From positions 1-64,000 of the forward strand of contig JBIKLZ010000003.1 in NCBI GenBank assembly GCA_044359535.1: a stretch of DNA of 64,000 nucleotides, in the 5' to 3' direction. The position numbers and the translations under genes are program-made. Under the pieces are notes generated by a model. That model searched no databases, was not told where the DNA came from, and was given only the letters and a program-made list of their open reading frames with translations. Source of the stretch: Chlamydiia bacterium (GTDB lineage: Bacteria; Chlamydiota; Chlamydiia; Chlamydiales; 2-12-FULL-49-11). Positions 38,569 through 48,128 of the stretch are shown piece after piece (positions within the stretch are counted from its first letter, which is position 1; each line of letters begins with the position of its first letter).

Positions 38569-39098
38569 TTCTTTTTTTCTGCACCCTTCCCCTTTTTTCT
38601 AGAGAGATTCTTGTCTCCTATTTTGATAGAGAAATCTATAAAGAAAATAGACTTAATGTGCAAGAGTACCCAAAACATGTAGAAGTTTCTGAAATTGAGC
38701 AGGGTTTTCTTGTTGCATTTTCCTATCCTTTAAACCCGAATGCGGGAATTTTATCAATACATGCCGGCTCTTCTGTCGGTCGATTTAATGTGATAGGGGA
38801 TGAAGCCTATTCTTACTCAACCTATCTATCGGCAAAGCTGACCCCTTTTTCGATTTTTTTATGTTCTCCCTATGTGGAGGTAAGTCTTGCCGGCCCTACC
38901 TATCTTTCAAAAGGGACCTTAGGAAAGATCGATTTTGGCTCCTCTATTGTCTATCAAAATAGTTTTGCCTTGGGTCTTAAGGTTGCATCCCTTTTAATCG
39001 AAGCAAAACTACTTAACTATAGCACCTCGTTGCCCGATGCGTTTAGTAAAAAAAGTATCACATTCCCCCTGATTATATCTGCTGGAACCTCATTTTAG
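38556..39098 (+). CDS. Small outer-membrane beta-barrel, PagL/acyloxyacyl-hydrolase-like
   Basis: Signal peptide, PYVEVSLAGPTYLS...FGS..VYQ...LG...NYS, C-terminal G.SF. Confidence 0.5.
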   Translation: MYYLILFFCTLPLFSREILVSYFDREIYKENRLNVQEYPKHVEVSEIEQGFLVAFSYPLNPNAGILSIHAGSSVGRFNVIGDEAYSYSTYLSAKLTPFSIFLCSPYVEVSLAGPTYLSKGTLGKIDFGSSIVYQNSFALGLKVASLLIEAKLLNYSTSLPDAFSKKSITFPLIISAGTSF

Positions 39099-40484
39099 TT
39101 AACAAATAACCACATTTTTCTTAAGGGCAGAGTTAAATGATCTCCCTAAGAAGAGGGCAATCCCTAGCCAAAAAAGGAGCAGTGGAAAACAAAGGGATGC
39201 ACTCATCATTAAATAATGAGCTTTTCCGGCGGCGGCTCCAAAGGTCGATTGCAGTGGGGATAAGGACATGTTGAACATTGATCCCATTTGCTTTGAAGAT
39301 CTAGATCCAAAAGTTTCTACCCATGCTTGAGCTTTAAATTTCACATCATGAGAGGTAGGGATATAAAGCTGCTTTAGAGCAGGTCCGTTTAAAGCGTAGT
39401 TGATTGCTTTTGAACCCACCATCAAAACAAAAAGAAATGAGAGGGAATTAAAGGTTAAAAATCCTAAAAGGGCTGAGCCAACAATAAGAGGCATTGATGC
39501 CAGAGCTATTTTTACACCTAAATACCGTGTAATATTACTTATTCCAAAAAGGAGGCAAAAAAGGGATACAGAGTTGACACTCGATGCATAAATACTTAAA
39601 TAGTTACTTAATTCCACTCCAGAATAGACAGAACTTGCTGCAATTTTGAAATTAAAATCAAAAATAGTGACAATCACTTCATAGATAAAATTCACTCCAA
39701 AAATCCCTAAAAGGTAGCGATGATTAAGAAGTAGTTTTAGTCCATCAAGAAATCTAGCCTCGTGCTTTACTTCGTTTTTCAAAGGATTGACCCCTTCAAA
39801 AGAGTGCAAAAGATGTTTTGGTGTAGCCTTTAAAAAGTATCTCACAAGAGGGATGATCATAAAGGTTAATAGAGAAAGCAATAAAACAGAAATGGCATCA
39901 GAAGTATGAGCTAAACGGTGAGGTAATCCTCCAATGCTATAAGGAAAAATAATTCCTCCAATTTGACCTAAGGCAACAACGAGAGGAAAACCCTTTTTTG
40001 CAGAGATCGGGGAAGTTGTGTCTGTTGAAAATGCCCAAAATAAAGCAACAACTAACGAACCAAAGCTCTCTCCAAAAAGATAGAATAGATAGCCTAAAAT
40101 CTTTGTCCCAAAAGGATAGAGTTCTTTAGCCCCTTGGAAATTGTATAAAATTAGACTAAACACAACTAAAGCTATTGAATACAATGTTGGAAGAAGGATC
40201 AGCATTTTTTCTCTTGAATTCTTTTCAAGGAGCTTTGTATAAAAAATGACCATGGGCATTAACCCTATCAATGAAACGGTTTTTGCAAAAGGTAGTTGGA
40301 TACTTCCTACAAAATGGACAAAAAGGGCATCTTTTAGTGGACGAATAGTCCAATAAATTCCAATGATAAAAGCAAAGATGAGCCCCATCCTTAAAAATTT
40401 TTTAAATTCTTCCCTTTCAAAGGTTCCAAAATTAAATCTGCATATATATTGAAAAAATCTTATTAAATAGTCTTTTTTATTCAT
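39099..40484 (-). CDS. Npt1/Npt2 (TLC) family nucleotide transporter, paralog A
   Basis: YWTIRPLKD, ESFGSLVVALFWAF, KAINYALN.PA.KQLYIPT..DVKFKAQ.W.ETFGSR; AGGAG RBS favours ATG 40484 (or 40490). Confidence 0.88.
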   Translation of the reverse strand: MNKKDYLIRFFQYICRFNFGTFEREEFKKFLRMGLIFAFIIGIYWTIRPLKDALFVHFVGSIQLPFAKTVSLIGLMPMVIFYTKLLEKNSREKMLILLPTLYSIALVVFSLILYNFQGAKELYPFGTKILGYLFYLFGESFGSLVVALFWAFSTDTTSPISAKKGFPLVVALGQIGGIIFPYSIGGLPHRLAHTSDAISVLLLSLLTFMIIPLVRYFLKATPKHLLHSFEGVNPLKNEVKHEARFLDGLKLLLNHRYLLGIFGVNFIYEVIVTIFDFNFKIAASSVYSGVELSNYLSIYASSVNSVSLFCLLFGISNITRYLGVKIALASMPLIVGSALLGFLTFNSLSFLFVLMVGSKAINYALNGPALKQLYIPTSHDVKFKAQAWVETFGSRSSKQMGSMFNMSLSPLQSTFGAAAGKAHYLMMSASLCFPLLLFWLGIALFLGRSFNSALKKNVVIC

Positions 40485-40540
40485 TTTCATTCTCCTTTTT
40501 GAAAGATCATAGACTAACATATTTGATTTTATTTATGTTC

Positions 40541-40576
40541 TTGATATAATCGATAACACATATCGAAAAAATTGAT
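40541..40576. promoter_or_regulatory. Candidate LysR-type operator (two T-N11-A boxes)
   Basis: ATC-GAAAAAATT-GAT (40562-40576) plus a second T-N11-A 22 bp upstream (40541-40553); inverted repeat TCGATA-N5-TATCGA (40550-40566) in the divergent promoter region. Confidence 0.6.
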
Positions 40577-40596
40577 TTGATTTAAAGGGGCTAGGC

Positions 40597-41475
40597 ATGA
40601 GAAATTTAGACAAAAAAAAAGTAGATGAAGGGTTAGAAGAGCAAACGATGCAAAAATTAGAACTCTCATTAAAAAATCTAAGGGTTGCCGATGCTGAGTT
40701 GTTTATTTCCGCTGCAAGGATGGGCAATCTTGGAAAAGCTGCAAAAATCCATTTTTTAAGTCAAAGTGCAGCAAGTACTGCAATTTTTAGGTTAGAGACG
40801 GCCTTTAATATCCCATTGTGCACCCATCAAAAGAAAAAATTCACCCTTACAAATGAAGGTGAAATTCTCCTATTAAGGCTGGAAAAATGGATAGAACAAT
40901 TAAAAAAAATGGTTTTAAGAAGTGAGGATGTCCCCATACGCATTGTAACAACACATGCCATTTCAATTGTGGCTGTCCCTGGATTGTTTTCTTTAGGCAA
41001 TGTAGAGTTTAAAAATCAACGTATAGAAAAGGCTTATACCGCTGTTTTACATGATGAGGCCGATATTGCCCTTGTTTTGGATAATGCTTCCTGGAGTGGT
41101 TTAGTGGCTACTGAAGTGGGAAGAGGGACCTTTCAATTGTACTCTAAAGATCCACATGTCCCTTTAAAGGGTGTATTGCTTCCAGAAGATCAAATGGAGG
41201 TCCTTGCTTTACAACAAACATGGAAAGAGGTCAAAGGCTATTTTTTACCTGTAAAAGCTCGGATACCGAGTTGGTCTTTGATCGCAAATATTTGCTTTGA
41301 ATCTGATGAAGTGGGATTTCTCCCAGATTTTCTTGCTAAAAAGTATCATCTTCATCCGGTAATGTGGCAGCCTCCTTCATCAAGATATAGGATTTTAGTG
41401 TTACACAAAAATACTGACGATCAAAAGGAGAAGTTTGAAAGGATCATTACAAGGCTTAAAGAGCTGTTTTCATAA
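40597..41475 (+). CDS. LysR-family transcriptional regulator
   Basis: HTH F...ARMGNLGKAA.IHFLSQSAAS.AI.RLE, LTNEGE, ADIALV, VGFLP. Confidence 0.9.
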   Translation: MRNLDKKKVDEGLEEQTMQKLELSLKNLRVADAELFISAARMGNLGKAAKIHFLSQSAASTAIFRLETAFNIPLCTHQKKKFTLTNEGEILLLRLEKWIEQLKKMVLRSEDVPIRIVTTHAISIVAVPGLFSLGNVEFKNQRIEKAYTAVLHDEADIALVLDNASWSGLVATEVGRGTFQLYSKDPHVPLKGVLLPEDQMEVLALQQTWKEVKGYFLPVKARIPSWSLIANICFESDEVGFLPDFLAKKYHLHPVMWQPPSSRYRILVLHKNTDDQKEKFERIITRLKELFS

Positions 41476-41482
41476 GGTTTTT

Positions 41483-42847
41483 TCAACAAATAAGAGAATT
41501 GTTTTTTACAGCAGTAGTAAAGGTTCTTCCTAAAAGAAGGGCAATCCCTAACCAAAAAAGGAGTAGGGGAACACAGACAATTCCACTCATTAGAAGGTAA
41601 TAGGATTTTCCAAGGGAGGAGCCAAAAACCGATTGGAGGGGAGAAAGTGACATGTTAAACATGGAGCCTATTTGTTTTGATGTTCTAGATCCAAAGGTTT
41701 CTATCCATGCTTGAGCTTTAAATTTCACATCATGAGAGGTGGGTATGTAAAGCTGCTTTAATGCAGGGCCATTTAAAGCGTAGTTGATCGCTTTTGATCC
41801 AACCATCAGGATGAAGAGAAAGGATAAAGAATTTAAGGTTAAAAATCCTAAGAGGGCCGAGCCAACAATAAAAGGCATAACGGCTAAAGAGACTTTCACC
41901 CCTAAAAATCGTGTAATATTACTTATTCCCAAAAGAAGAGAGAGTAAAGAAACGGTGTTCACACTTGATGCGTAAATGCTCAAATAATTTGTAAGGGCAA
42001 CCCCTGAATAAAATGAACTTGCTGCGATCTTAAAATTAAAGTCAAAAAGGGTGACAATCACTTCGTAGATGAAGTTGACTCCAAAGATCCCAAGAAGATA
42101 GCGGTTTTTTAGAAGTAATTTTAAACCATCGAAAAATCCGGTTTCATGGGGAGGTTCTTTTTGTACAGGGGATAAAAGCTCCTTTGGGGTGGTTTTTAAT
42201 AGAGCGTAGACAAGGGGAATGATTAAAAATGTCAACAAGGATAAAAGCAATAGGGAAAGAAAGTCGGTTACAAAGCCAAGTCGATGGGGCAGTCCACCGA
42301 TAGTAAAAGGGAAAAGTATTCCCCCTACTTGACCTAAAGCAACCACAAGGGGAAAACCCCGTTTTGCTGATACAGCAGCGGTTGAATCTGTAGAAAAGGC
42401 CCAAAATAAAGCGACAACTAAAGAACCAAAACTTTCAACAAAAAGGTAAAAAAGGTAGCCAATTAAGGAAGAGATGAAAAATAGGGGTGCAGATCCTTGA
42501 AGAAATAGGATAAGGAGGCTAAAAGCAAAGAGTATAATAGAATAAATCAAAGGGAGAAAAAGGAGCATTTTTTCTCTTGAAAAGGTCCCTAAAAGCTTTG
42601 TATAGAGGATGACAATAGGAAGAAGGGCAATAACTGATACGGTTTTAGCAAAAGGAAGATTTAATTGACCGGCAAAGTGGATAAAAATAGCATCTTTTAA
42701 CGGGCGAAGGGTCCAGTAAATCCCAATGATAAAAGCAAAGATAAGGCCCAATTTTAAGAATTTTTTAAATTCTTCTTCTTCGAAAACACCGAAATTAAAC
42801 GTACATAGTGTTTGGAAAAAGGAGAGAAAAATCGATTTTCTTTTCAT
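41483..42847 (-). CDS. Npt1/Npt2 (TLC) family nucleotide transporter, paralog B
   Basis: Same motifs as paralog A, with long identical peptide and DNA stretches. Confidence 0.88.
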   Translation of the reverse strand: MKRKSIFLSFFQTLCTFNFGVFEEEEFKKFLKLGLIFAFIIGIYWTLRPLKDAIFIHFAGQLNLPFAKTVSVIALLPIVILYTKLLGTFSREKMLLFLPLIYSIILFAFSLLILFLQGSAPLFFISSLIGYLFYLFVESFGSLVVALFWAFSTDSTAAVSAKRGFPLVVALGQVGGILFPFTIGGLPHRLGFVTDFLSLLLLSLLTFLIIPLVYALLKTTPKELLSPVQKEPPHETGFFDGLKLLLKNRYLLGIFGVNFIYEVIVTLFDFNFKIAASSFYSGVALTNYLSIYASSVNTVSLLSLLLGISNITRFLGVKVSLAVMPFIVGSALLGFLTLNSLSFLFILMVGSKAINYALNGPALKQLYIPTSHDVKFKAQAWIETFGSRTSKQIGSMFNMSLSPLQSVFGSSLGKSYYLLMSGIVCVPLLLFWLGIALLLGRTFTTAVKNNSLIC

Positions 42848-42861
42848 GGGTTTAAAGGAAT

Positions 42862-43665
42862 TTATGAGCTGGGTTTAAAAGGAAGGGGGGTCTTTTTTGA
42901 GGGTTTGTGGTCAGGTGGGGATTGATCAGACCATTTTGAAACAGGGGTGGAGCTTTTATCCTCATCATTGGAAAATGTATTCCCATCGTCATTTGTCCAT
43001 GTATTTCCCTGATCATCGGTATAAGTTTTTGGTTTTTTTGGCTCATCACTTGGCCGCTTTCTACTTCCTTGGACATTTAAACAGGAACCATCCCCTTTAG
43101 AGCACCCCCCTGAAGAGGATGAGTTGGCATCATTTGTCCAAGTTTGCCCTCCATCATTAGACCAATTCCCCGCTCCTTCATTGATGGAGTTTTGAGAATT
43201 TTCTCTTTTTTGTAACTTTGAATTTTTCCTAATAACACAAGATTTAGTCCCTTGAGGACTCCCAAGGGCGTTGACTGTAGCCCCTGTTGGAACATTTGTC
43301 CAGATTCCAAATTGGCTGATGTATTCTGGGGGTTTATCCTTCTTTTCTTTTGGGTCTTTATCCTCATCTTTTTCAGGGGGGGTGTAGTTATAGGGTCTAC
43401 TTGATTCACATAAGAAAATAATAGTAAATGGGGTATAGGTTTCATCGGTGTTGGGTTCAAAAGAGCCTTGAGAAACATTATAAATATACATTTGCCCAGA
43501 TACTAAATGGATAATATCTAAAAGTCGTCCTGTGCAATCAATGATCTGAGCATTTAAAGTAAAGGCGGAATCGTTAATAAGGGAAATGGAAGTGGAAAAT
43601 AAGGGAAGTACTGTAAACCCAAAAATGAAGAAAATGGATTTTTTTATTCTGAAATATAAGCCCAT
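42862..43665 (-). CDS. Exported hypothetical protein with Asp-box-like repeats in a low-complexity tail
   Basis: Signal peptide; SNDGGQTW, TDDQGNTW, TNDDGNTF. Confidence 0.65.
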   Translation of the reverse strand: MGLYFRIKKSIFFIFGFTVLPLFSTSISLINDSAFTLNAQIIDCTGRLLDIIHLVSGQMYIYNVSQGSFEPNTDETYTPFTIIFLCESSRPYNYTPPEKDEDKDPKEKKDKPPEYISQFGIWTNVPTGATVNALGSPQGTKSCVIRKNSKLQKRENSQNSINEGAGNWSNDGGQTWTNDANSSSSGGCSKGDGSCLNVQGSRKRPSDEPKKPKTYTDDQGNTWTNDDGNTFSNDEDKSSTPVSKWSDQSPPDHKPSKKTPLPFKPSS

Positions 43666-44885
43666 TTAAAATCCAAAATCCCTTTGTGTGTTAAAAAAAC
43701 CTCTTTAAGAGAGGGACTTTTTAGATCTATGAAAGAGTCTTTGTATAAAGGGATTACTAAGGATTCATCGATTAAAAAGTCATCCAAAGGCCCTTCATTG
43801 AGATCTTTTATAGCCAGTTGAAAATCCCCTTTATTTATTTTATTAAAAAAAAGTGGGTCCTCTAAAAGCTCCATCTCAACTTCTATTCCAAGAGAATTTT
43901 TTAACTGAGATTGAATGTATTTAGGCAGTTCTAAGTTTTCAGAAGCTAAATAGCTCAAAGTAAAGATGGGAAGCTTTTCTTTAGAATGGTTTTGAGATGT
44001 TGCTTCCTTGGTTTGAATTGCTGAAGCAATCGATTTTCTTAAGAGGGAATCTTTCAAAGGGAAGTAGTCGGTATTCATTTCTAAATAATGAGTGATGAAT
44101 GGGGGGTGAATAATGACATCGGCAGATGCATCTTCGATAGTGCTTTGTGTAACCAGTGTGATTTTTTGAAGTTTTACCTCTTTACTGTCGTGATAACGGC
44201 TATTTTTCTCTAGAATAACAGTTCCATTATCAACCCAAGAGCTCACTTTAAATGGACCGTTACACACATAATGATCGATAGATGTATCCCAATTTTCATA
44301 CTCTTTTACAACCGCTTCATTCATAGCAAAAAAAATTGGGGAAGCAAGCCATTGCTTAATATCAGAGACACTTTCTTCAAGTTCAATAAATAGGGTGTAA
44401 TCCCCTTGAGAATAAACCCCCAAAAGGGTTGCAGGAAGCAAACCTTCTTTAATAGCTTTTGCATTTTTAATAGGAAATAAGAGGTGAGCATGAGGGGAAG
44501 AAATTTCCTTCTTTAGAGCAGATTTCCATGCAAAAATAAAGTCGTGAACGGTTAAAGGGTCGCCATTTGACCAAAGGGTCTCTTTTAGGGTGATTTGATA
44601 GGTTTTTTTGTCCTCTAAAAGTGTGCAACTTTGAGCTATCCCTTCGATGATTTCCCCCCCCTTATTGAATCTAAAGAGCCCTTCATTGAGATTTCTAAGG
44701 GTGTTTAATTCTGTAAGGGACTCAGCTTTTCGAGGGTCTAGGGATAAAAGCTCTTTTTCAATGTGGAGAGTGATTTCTTGGGGGCTTTTTTTTGTAAAGG
44801 TAGAGGTGGAGCTATGTGAGCAGTTTAATAAGGGGAGGAGGAGAAAAAAACCAATACTTTTTATCCATCTGTTCTGTAGGTTCAT
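43644..44885 (-). CDS. oppA: OppA-like ABC peptide-binding lipoprotein (shortened)
   Basis: Lipobox LLNC; SLDPR, EGLFR, WSNGDPLT.HDF...WK, NGPF, LEKN..Y; only 413 aa. Confidence 0.8.
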   Translation of the reverse strand: MNLQNRWIKSIGFFLLLPLLNCSHSSTSTFTKKSPQEITLHIEKELLSLDPRKAESLTELNTLRNLNEGLFRFNKGGEIIEGIAQSCTLLEDKKTYQITLKETLWSNGDPLTVHDFIFAWKSALKKEISSPHAHLLFPIKNAKAIKEGLLPATLLGVYSQGDYTLFIELEESVSDIKQWLASPIFFAMNEAVVKEYENWDTSIDHYVCNGPFKVSSWVDNGTVILEKNSRYHDSKEVKLQKITLVTQSTIEDASADVIIHPPFITHYLEMNTDYFPLKDSLLRKSIASAIQTKEATSQNHSKEKLPIFTLSYLASENLELPKYIQSQLKNSLGIEVEMELLEDPLFFNKINKGDFQLAIKDLNEGPLDDFLIDESLVIPLYKDSFIDLKSPSLKEVFLTHKGILDFKWAYISE

Positions 44886-44963
44886 AGCAGGTCCATTATT
44901 TATAAAAGGAGAACCAAGTATATGTATAGAAGGTTTTTTATCAAGGATTAAGTTGAGTAAATG

Positions 44964-45446
44964 TTAATCCCCTTCCTCTAAAAGCTTCTTCTCAAAGATT
45001 TCTTGGAGACGAACATGTTCTTTTATTGAACTGCTAGAGGGTTTTTTAAAAGACTCACTTTTTCGATCCCTTTTTGTCAGCATAGAAAAAAAGGAGGAAG
45101 AATCGATGACCACAACGTCTAATTCCTTAATCGCCCTTTGTAAGGCTCGATCAGAAGTAATCACCGTTACAGTTTTTATCTGTTTAATAGCATAAAGCTT
45201 TTCAAGGATAAGATCATCGGCTTCTAAATGGGTGGGGGCAAGGACAATTGTCAGGGGGGGGTCTTGTTTAGAGTGGGGATAAGAAGAGCTGTGATGGATG
45301 GGGGTATCAAAAATCATCTCTCCTGAGAGATGTTTATTCTTCATAAGAGAAGAAATATATTGAACAAACAACTCTCTATTTTCTAGTGATGGATCGACAT
45401 CTTGAAGGGTGAAAAAAAGGTTATACCCATCGATTATATAGTGCAA
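44964..45446 (-). CDS. NYN-domain (YacP/Rae1-like) ribonuclease
   Basis: YIIDGYNL, FD, EADD.I, VITSDRAL. Confidence 0.85.
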   Translation of the reverse strand: MHYIIDGYNLFFTLQDVDPSLENRELFVQYISSLMKNKHLSGEMIFDTPIHHSSSYPHSKQDPPLTIVLAPTHLEADDLILEKLYAIKQIKTVTVITSDRALQRAIKELDVVVIDSSSFFSMLTKRDRKSESFKKPSSSSIKEHVRLQEIFEKKLLEEGD

Positions 45447-46042
45447 AGGAGTCGAGCTTCCAAAGTGATTTTAAGTTTATCAAAAGCCTTTCTTCTATGA
45501 GAAATTTTTAATTTAACATCTTCAGTAATCTCAGCAAAGGTATGGTTGTAATCTGTACGTATAAACAGGGGGTCGTATCCAAATCCTCCAGCTCCACGCG
45601 GCGCCTCTAAGATTCTTCCCTCACAAAAGGCGGTTACCGATTTGATAAGGCCAGTTGGCAAAGCCAATGCAAGGGTGCAGTGATAATGTGCCAATCGTTT
45701 ATTGTCAGTAAAATCCTTCATCTCAAAAAGGAGCTTTTCATTATTCTCTCGATCGCTTGCATCCTTACCTGCATAACAGGCACTTAATACCCCTGGGGCC
45801 CCATTTAAAGAAGGGACAACAAGACCAGAGTCATCGGCAAGGGTGAGCATATTGCAAAACTTAGCCGCTACAATGGCCTTTTGTTGAGCATTTTCTTCAA
45901 ATGAAGTAGAGCCTTCTTCAACGGGGGTAAAATCTTTGAAATCTCTAAGGGTATAAACATCAAGAGAGGGAAAATGTATTTTTAAAATGGCCTTTAATTC
46001 TAAGAGTTTATGTAAATTATCTGTCGCTAGAAGAAGTCTCAT
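45434..46042 (-). CDS. rdgB: dITP/XTP pyrophosphatase (HAM1)
   Basis: AT.N.HK..E, F.ENA..KA, ADDSGL, APGV.SA, GFGYDPLF, SHR. Confidence 0.95.
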   Translation of the reverse strand: MRLLLATDNLHKLLELKAILKIHFPSLDVYTLRDFKDFTPVEEGSTSFEENAQQKAIVAAKFCNMLTLADDSGLVVPSLNGAPGVLSACYAGKDASDRENNEKLLFEMKDFTDNKRLAHYHCTLALALPTGLIKSVTAFCEGRILEAPRGAGGFGYDPLFIRTDYNHTFAEITEDVKLKISHRRKAFDKLKITLEARLLCTI

Positions 46043-46054
46043 GATAGTACCTAT

Positions 46055-46085
46055 AAAAAAAGAGGATACTAAGTATCCTCTTTTT
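46055..46085 (-). terminator. Rho-independent terminator of the 46136..46846 gene
   Basis: Minus strand AAAAAGAGGATAC-TTA-GTATCCTCTTTTTTT. Confidence 0.75.
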
Positions 46086-46135
46086 CATCTATCCTTATTT
46101 GAATAAATCTAAGGTTCTATATCAGCTTGAGCTCG

Positions 46136-46846
46136 TCAATTGATTTGCGACTGACATAAGTGATTTATTGCATCTGCACATTCTGTGATCGATACAGTGC
46201 TTTTATACAATTTAGAGGAGAGGGATTCAAGAAGCTCTTGAGTTGAGCTATTTTTTGAAAAAAGTGTTGAGGCCTGTTCAAGTGAAATAAAAGCAATCGA
46301 CTTATAAAGGGTTAAAAGCATCCTTTGTGAATGAGGGGAAGATAGATTTGTTAAGGTAAGACTTTTTTGACAATGTTGAGTTTCAAAAGAAGCATCAAGG
46401 TAGGCAGCCCCATTTGCCAGAAGCAAGAGGTAAGCAAAATCAAATCTTTCTTCGTCGTTTAAGCTCTCTAAACAAGGGTAGATAGGAAGCTTTATTTGAT
46501 ACTCATTTTCAAGAAAAAGCTTACATTCATTTACTTTTTCCGAAAAAAGACCTTCCTCTGGATTATGCAAAATTTCAACGCAAAGACCTAAAGTATAGAG
46601 TCTTTCAACCCATTGCTTTTTTTCTAATTCACTTAAACTGCTTAAAAATTGAGACACCTCACCTTCGCAAAACCATTCTGTTTGTAAAATCGGGGCTGAA
46701 GAATCCATAGTATAGGAAATAATCATTTGTTTTATTTGCTCTTGACAATCAAAAATGACTACAGGATCTGTCTTTGGAGTTGGATCATTAGCCTCAAGTC
46801 CCCCTAAAAATAGGGACAAGGCAATAAATAATTTATGAAGTTTCAT
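46136..46846 (-). CDS. Exported hypothetical protein
   Basis: Signal peptide MKLHKLFIALSLFLGGLEA, AAGGA RBS, own terminator. Confidence 0.7.
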   Translation of the reverse strand: MKLHKLFIALSLFLGGLEANDPTPKTDPVVIFDCQEQIKQMIISYTMDSSAPILQTEWFCEGEVSQFLSSLSELEKKQWVERLYTLGLCVEILHNPEEGLFSEKVNECKLFLENEYQIKLPIYPCLESLNDEERFDFAYLLLLANGAAYLDASFETQHCQKSLTLTNLSSPHSQRMLLTLYKSIAFISLEQASTLFSKNSSTQELLESLSSKLYKSTVSITECADAINHLCQSQIN

Positions 46847-46900
46847 GGGTATTCCTTTAGTTTATTTTAAAAAAAATTGTAAAGATAGATGGATTATAAG

Positions 46901-48121
46901 TCAATTGGGAATTGGGAAACACTCAACGCCAAGGTGGTGAAGCACATTGGTTAAGAGAATAAAAAAAGAGAATAGAAATAAAAAGCCAAGGGTAAATTTA
47001 CCTCCAAAAAGTTGATAAGGGGAGGTTCTTTTTTCAATGTACCGTCCCTTATAAATCATCACTACAGGAAATATTCCAAAAAGGAGGACAGCAATCACTC
47101 CTCCAAAAGAGAGGGCTTTATAAAAAATGGTTGGATTTGTCCATGCAATAAAAAGGGGGGGTAAAAAGGTGAGAAGAACCATTCCAAGAGGGGCATTATT
47201 TCTATATTTTAATTTAAAACCATCAGATAAAAAGTGAGCAACACTTATGGATTGAGCTAAAAAGGAGGTTAAGATAGCTGCAAAAGAGAGTAACGAAGCG
47301 GCTAAAGCAATATGAGGAAAAAGGACTTGTAGTGTTTTAGCACCATCAAACCCCAATCTATAACTGCTTAAAATGCTATTTTCTCCTGTTAAAGGAAGGG
47401 CTCCAAGGGTAATAATCAGCCAAATAAGGTAAATCCCTAATGTGATTAAAGAGCCTAAAATAATAGAGTGTTTTACTTTTTTCACATCCCCATGAAGATA
47501 ATGAAATAAAGTTGGAATCATGTTATGAAAGCCAAAAGAGATGACAAGAATTGGGAGCGGAAAGAGCATGTATTTAGGGTTTGTATAAAAAAGGTGTTTA
47601 CTTTCAATAAGGTGAAAGCTTGTTATGATTAAGGTCAAAAAAGAAATAATTTTTATAAACATCAGAACTCTATTAAGAAGATCTACAGCCTTTGTCCCAA
47701 GATAAATCATCCAGCCAAAAAAAAGGACAAAAAACAAACTCCCCATCCATTCTTTTATCCCCTTCACCCCAAATGAAGAAAGGACAGAAGTGCTGTGAAT
47801 TCCACTATCGGCTATGTAGGCAACCAATAATGAATAAAATAAAGATAGGTAAAGGACAAAGCACAGAGATTTGAAAAAGCGGCCTAATAAAGTCCCCATC
47901 ATTGTCGAAAAATTGCTTGTATAAGTAAACCATGCTCCTACTTCAACTAATAAAAGTGCCGTCCCTGTCATTAAGGCCCATGCTAGAATAAACATCAGCA
48001 TTGAAGGGAAAAATCCTGCAAAGCCTGTGAGTATGGGAAGGCCTAACATCCCTGCTCCAACACAACTTCCAGTGATGAGCAACCCTGCTCCAACAACGCT
48101 TCCTTGGAACTGACTCTTCAT
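46901..48121 (-). CDS. tyrP: Aromatic amino-acid permease (TyrP/Mtr family), copy 1
   Basis: G.CVGAGMLGLP, LFYSLLVAYI, SFGFHNMIPT, AILTSFL. Confidence 0.88.
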   Translation of the reverse strand: MKSQFQGSVVGAGLLITGSCVGAGMLGLPILTGFAGFFPSMLMFILAWALMTGTALLLVEVGAWFTYTSNFSTMMGTLLGRFFKSLCFVLYLSLFYSLLVAYIADSGIHSTSVLSSFGVKGIKEWMGSLFFVLFFGWMIYLGTKAVDLLNRVLMFIKIISFLTLIITSFHLIESKHLFYTNPKYMLFPLPILVISFGFHNMIPTLFHYLHGDVKKVKHSIILGSLITLGIYLIWLIITLGALPLTGENSILSSYRLGFDGAKTLQVLFPHIALAASLLSFAAILTSFLAQSISVAHFLSDGFKLKYRNNAPLGMVLLTFLPPLFIAWTNPTIFYKALSFGGVIAVLLFGIFPVVMIYKGRYIEKRTSPYQLFGGKFTLGFLFLFSFFILLTNVLHHLGVECFPIPN

Positions 48122-48128
48122 AACGTAC

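Noticed and set aside
39400-41975. Two similar 63-aa + strand ORFs (39400..39591, 41784..41975)
   Set aside because: Antisense shadows of the duplicated NTT genes; their similarity simply follows from the duplication
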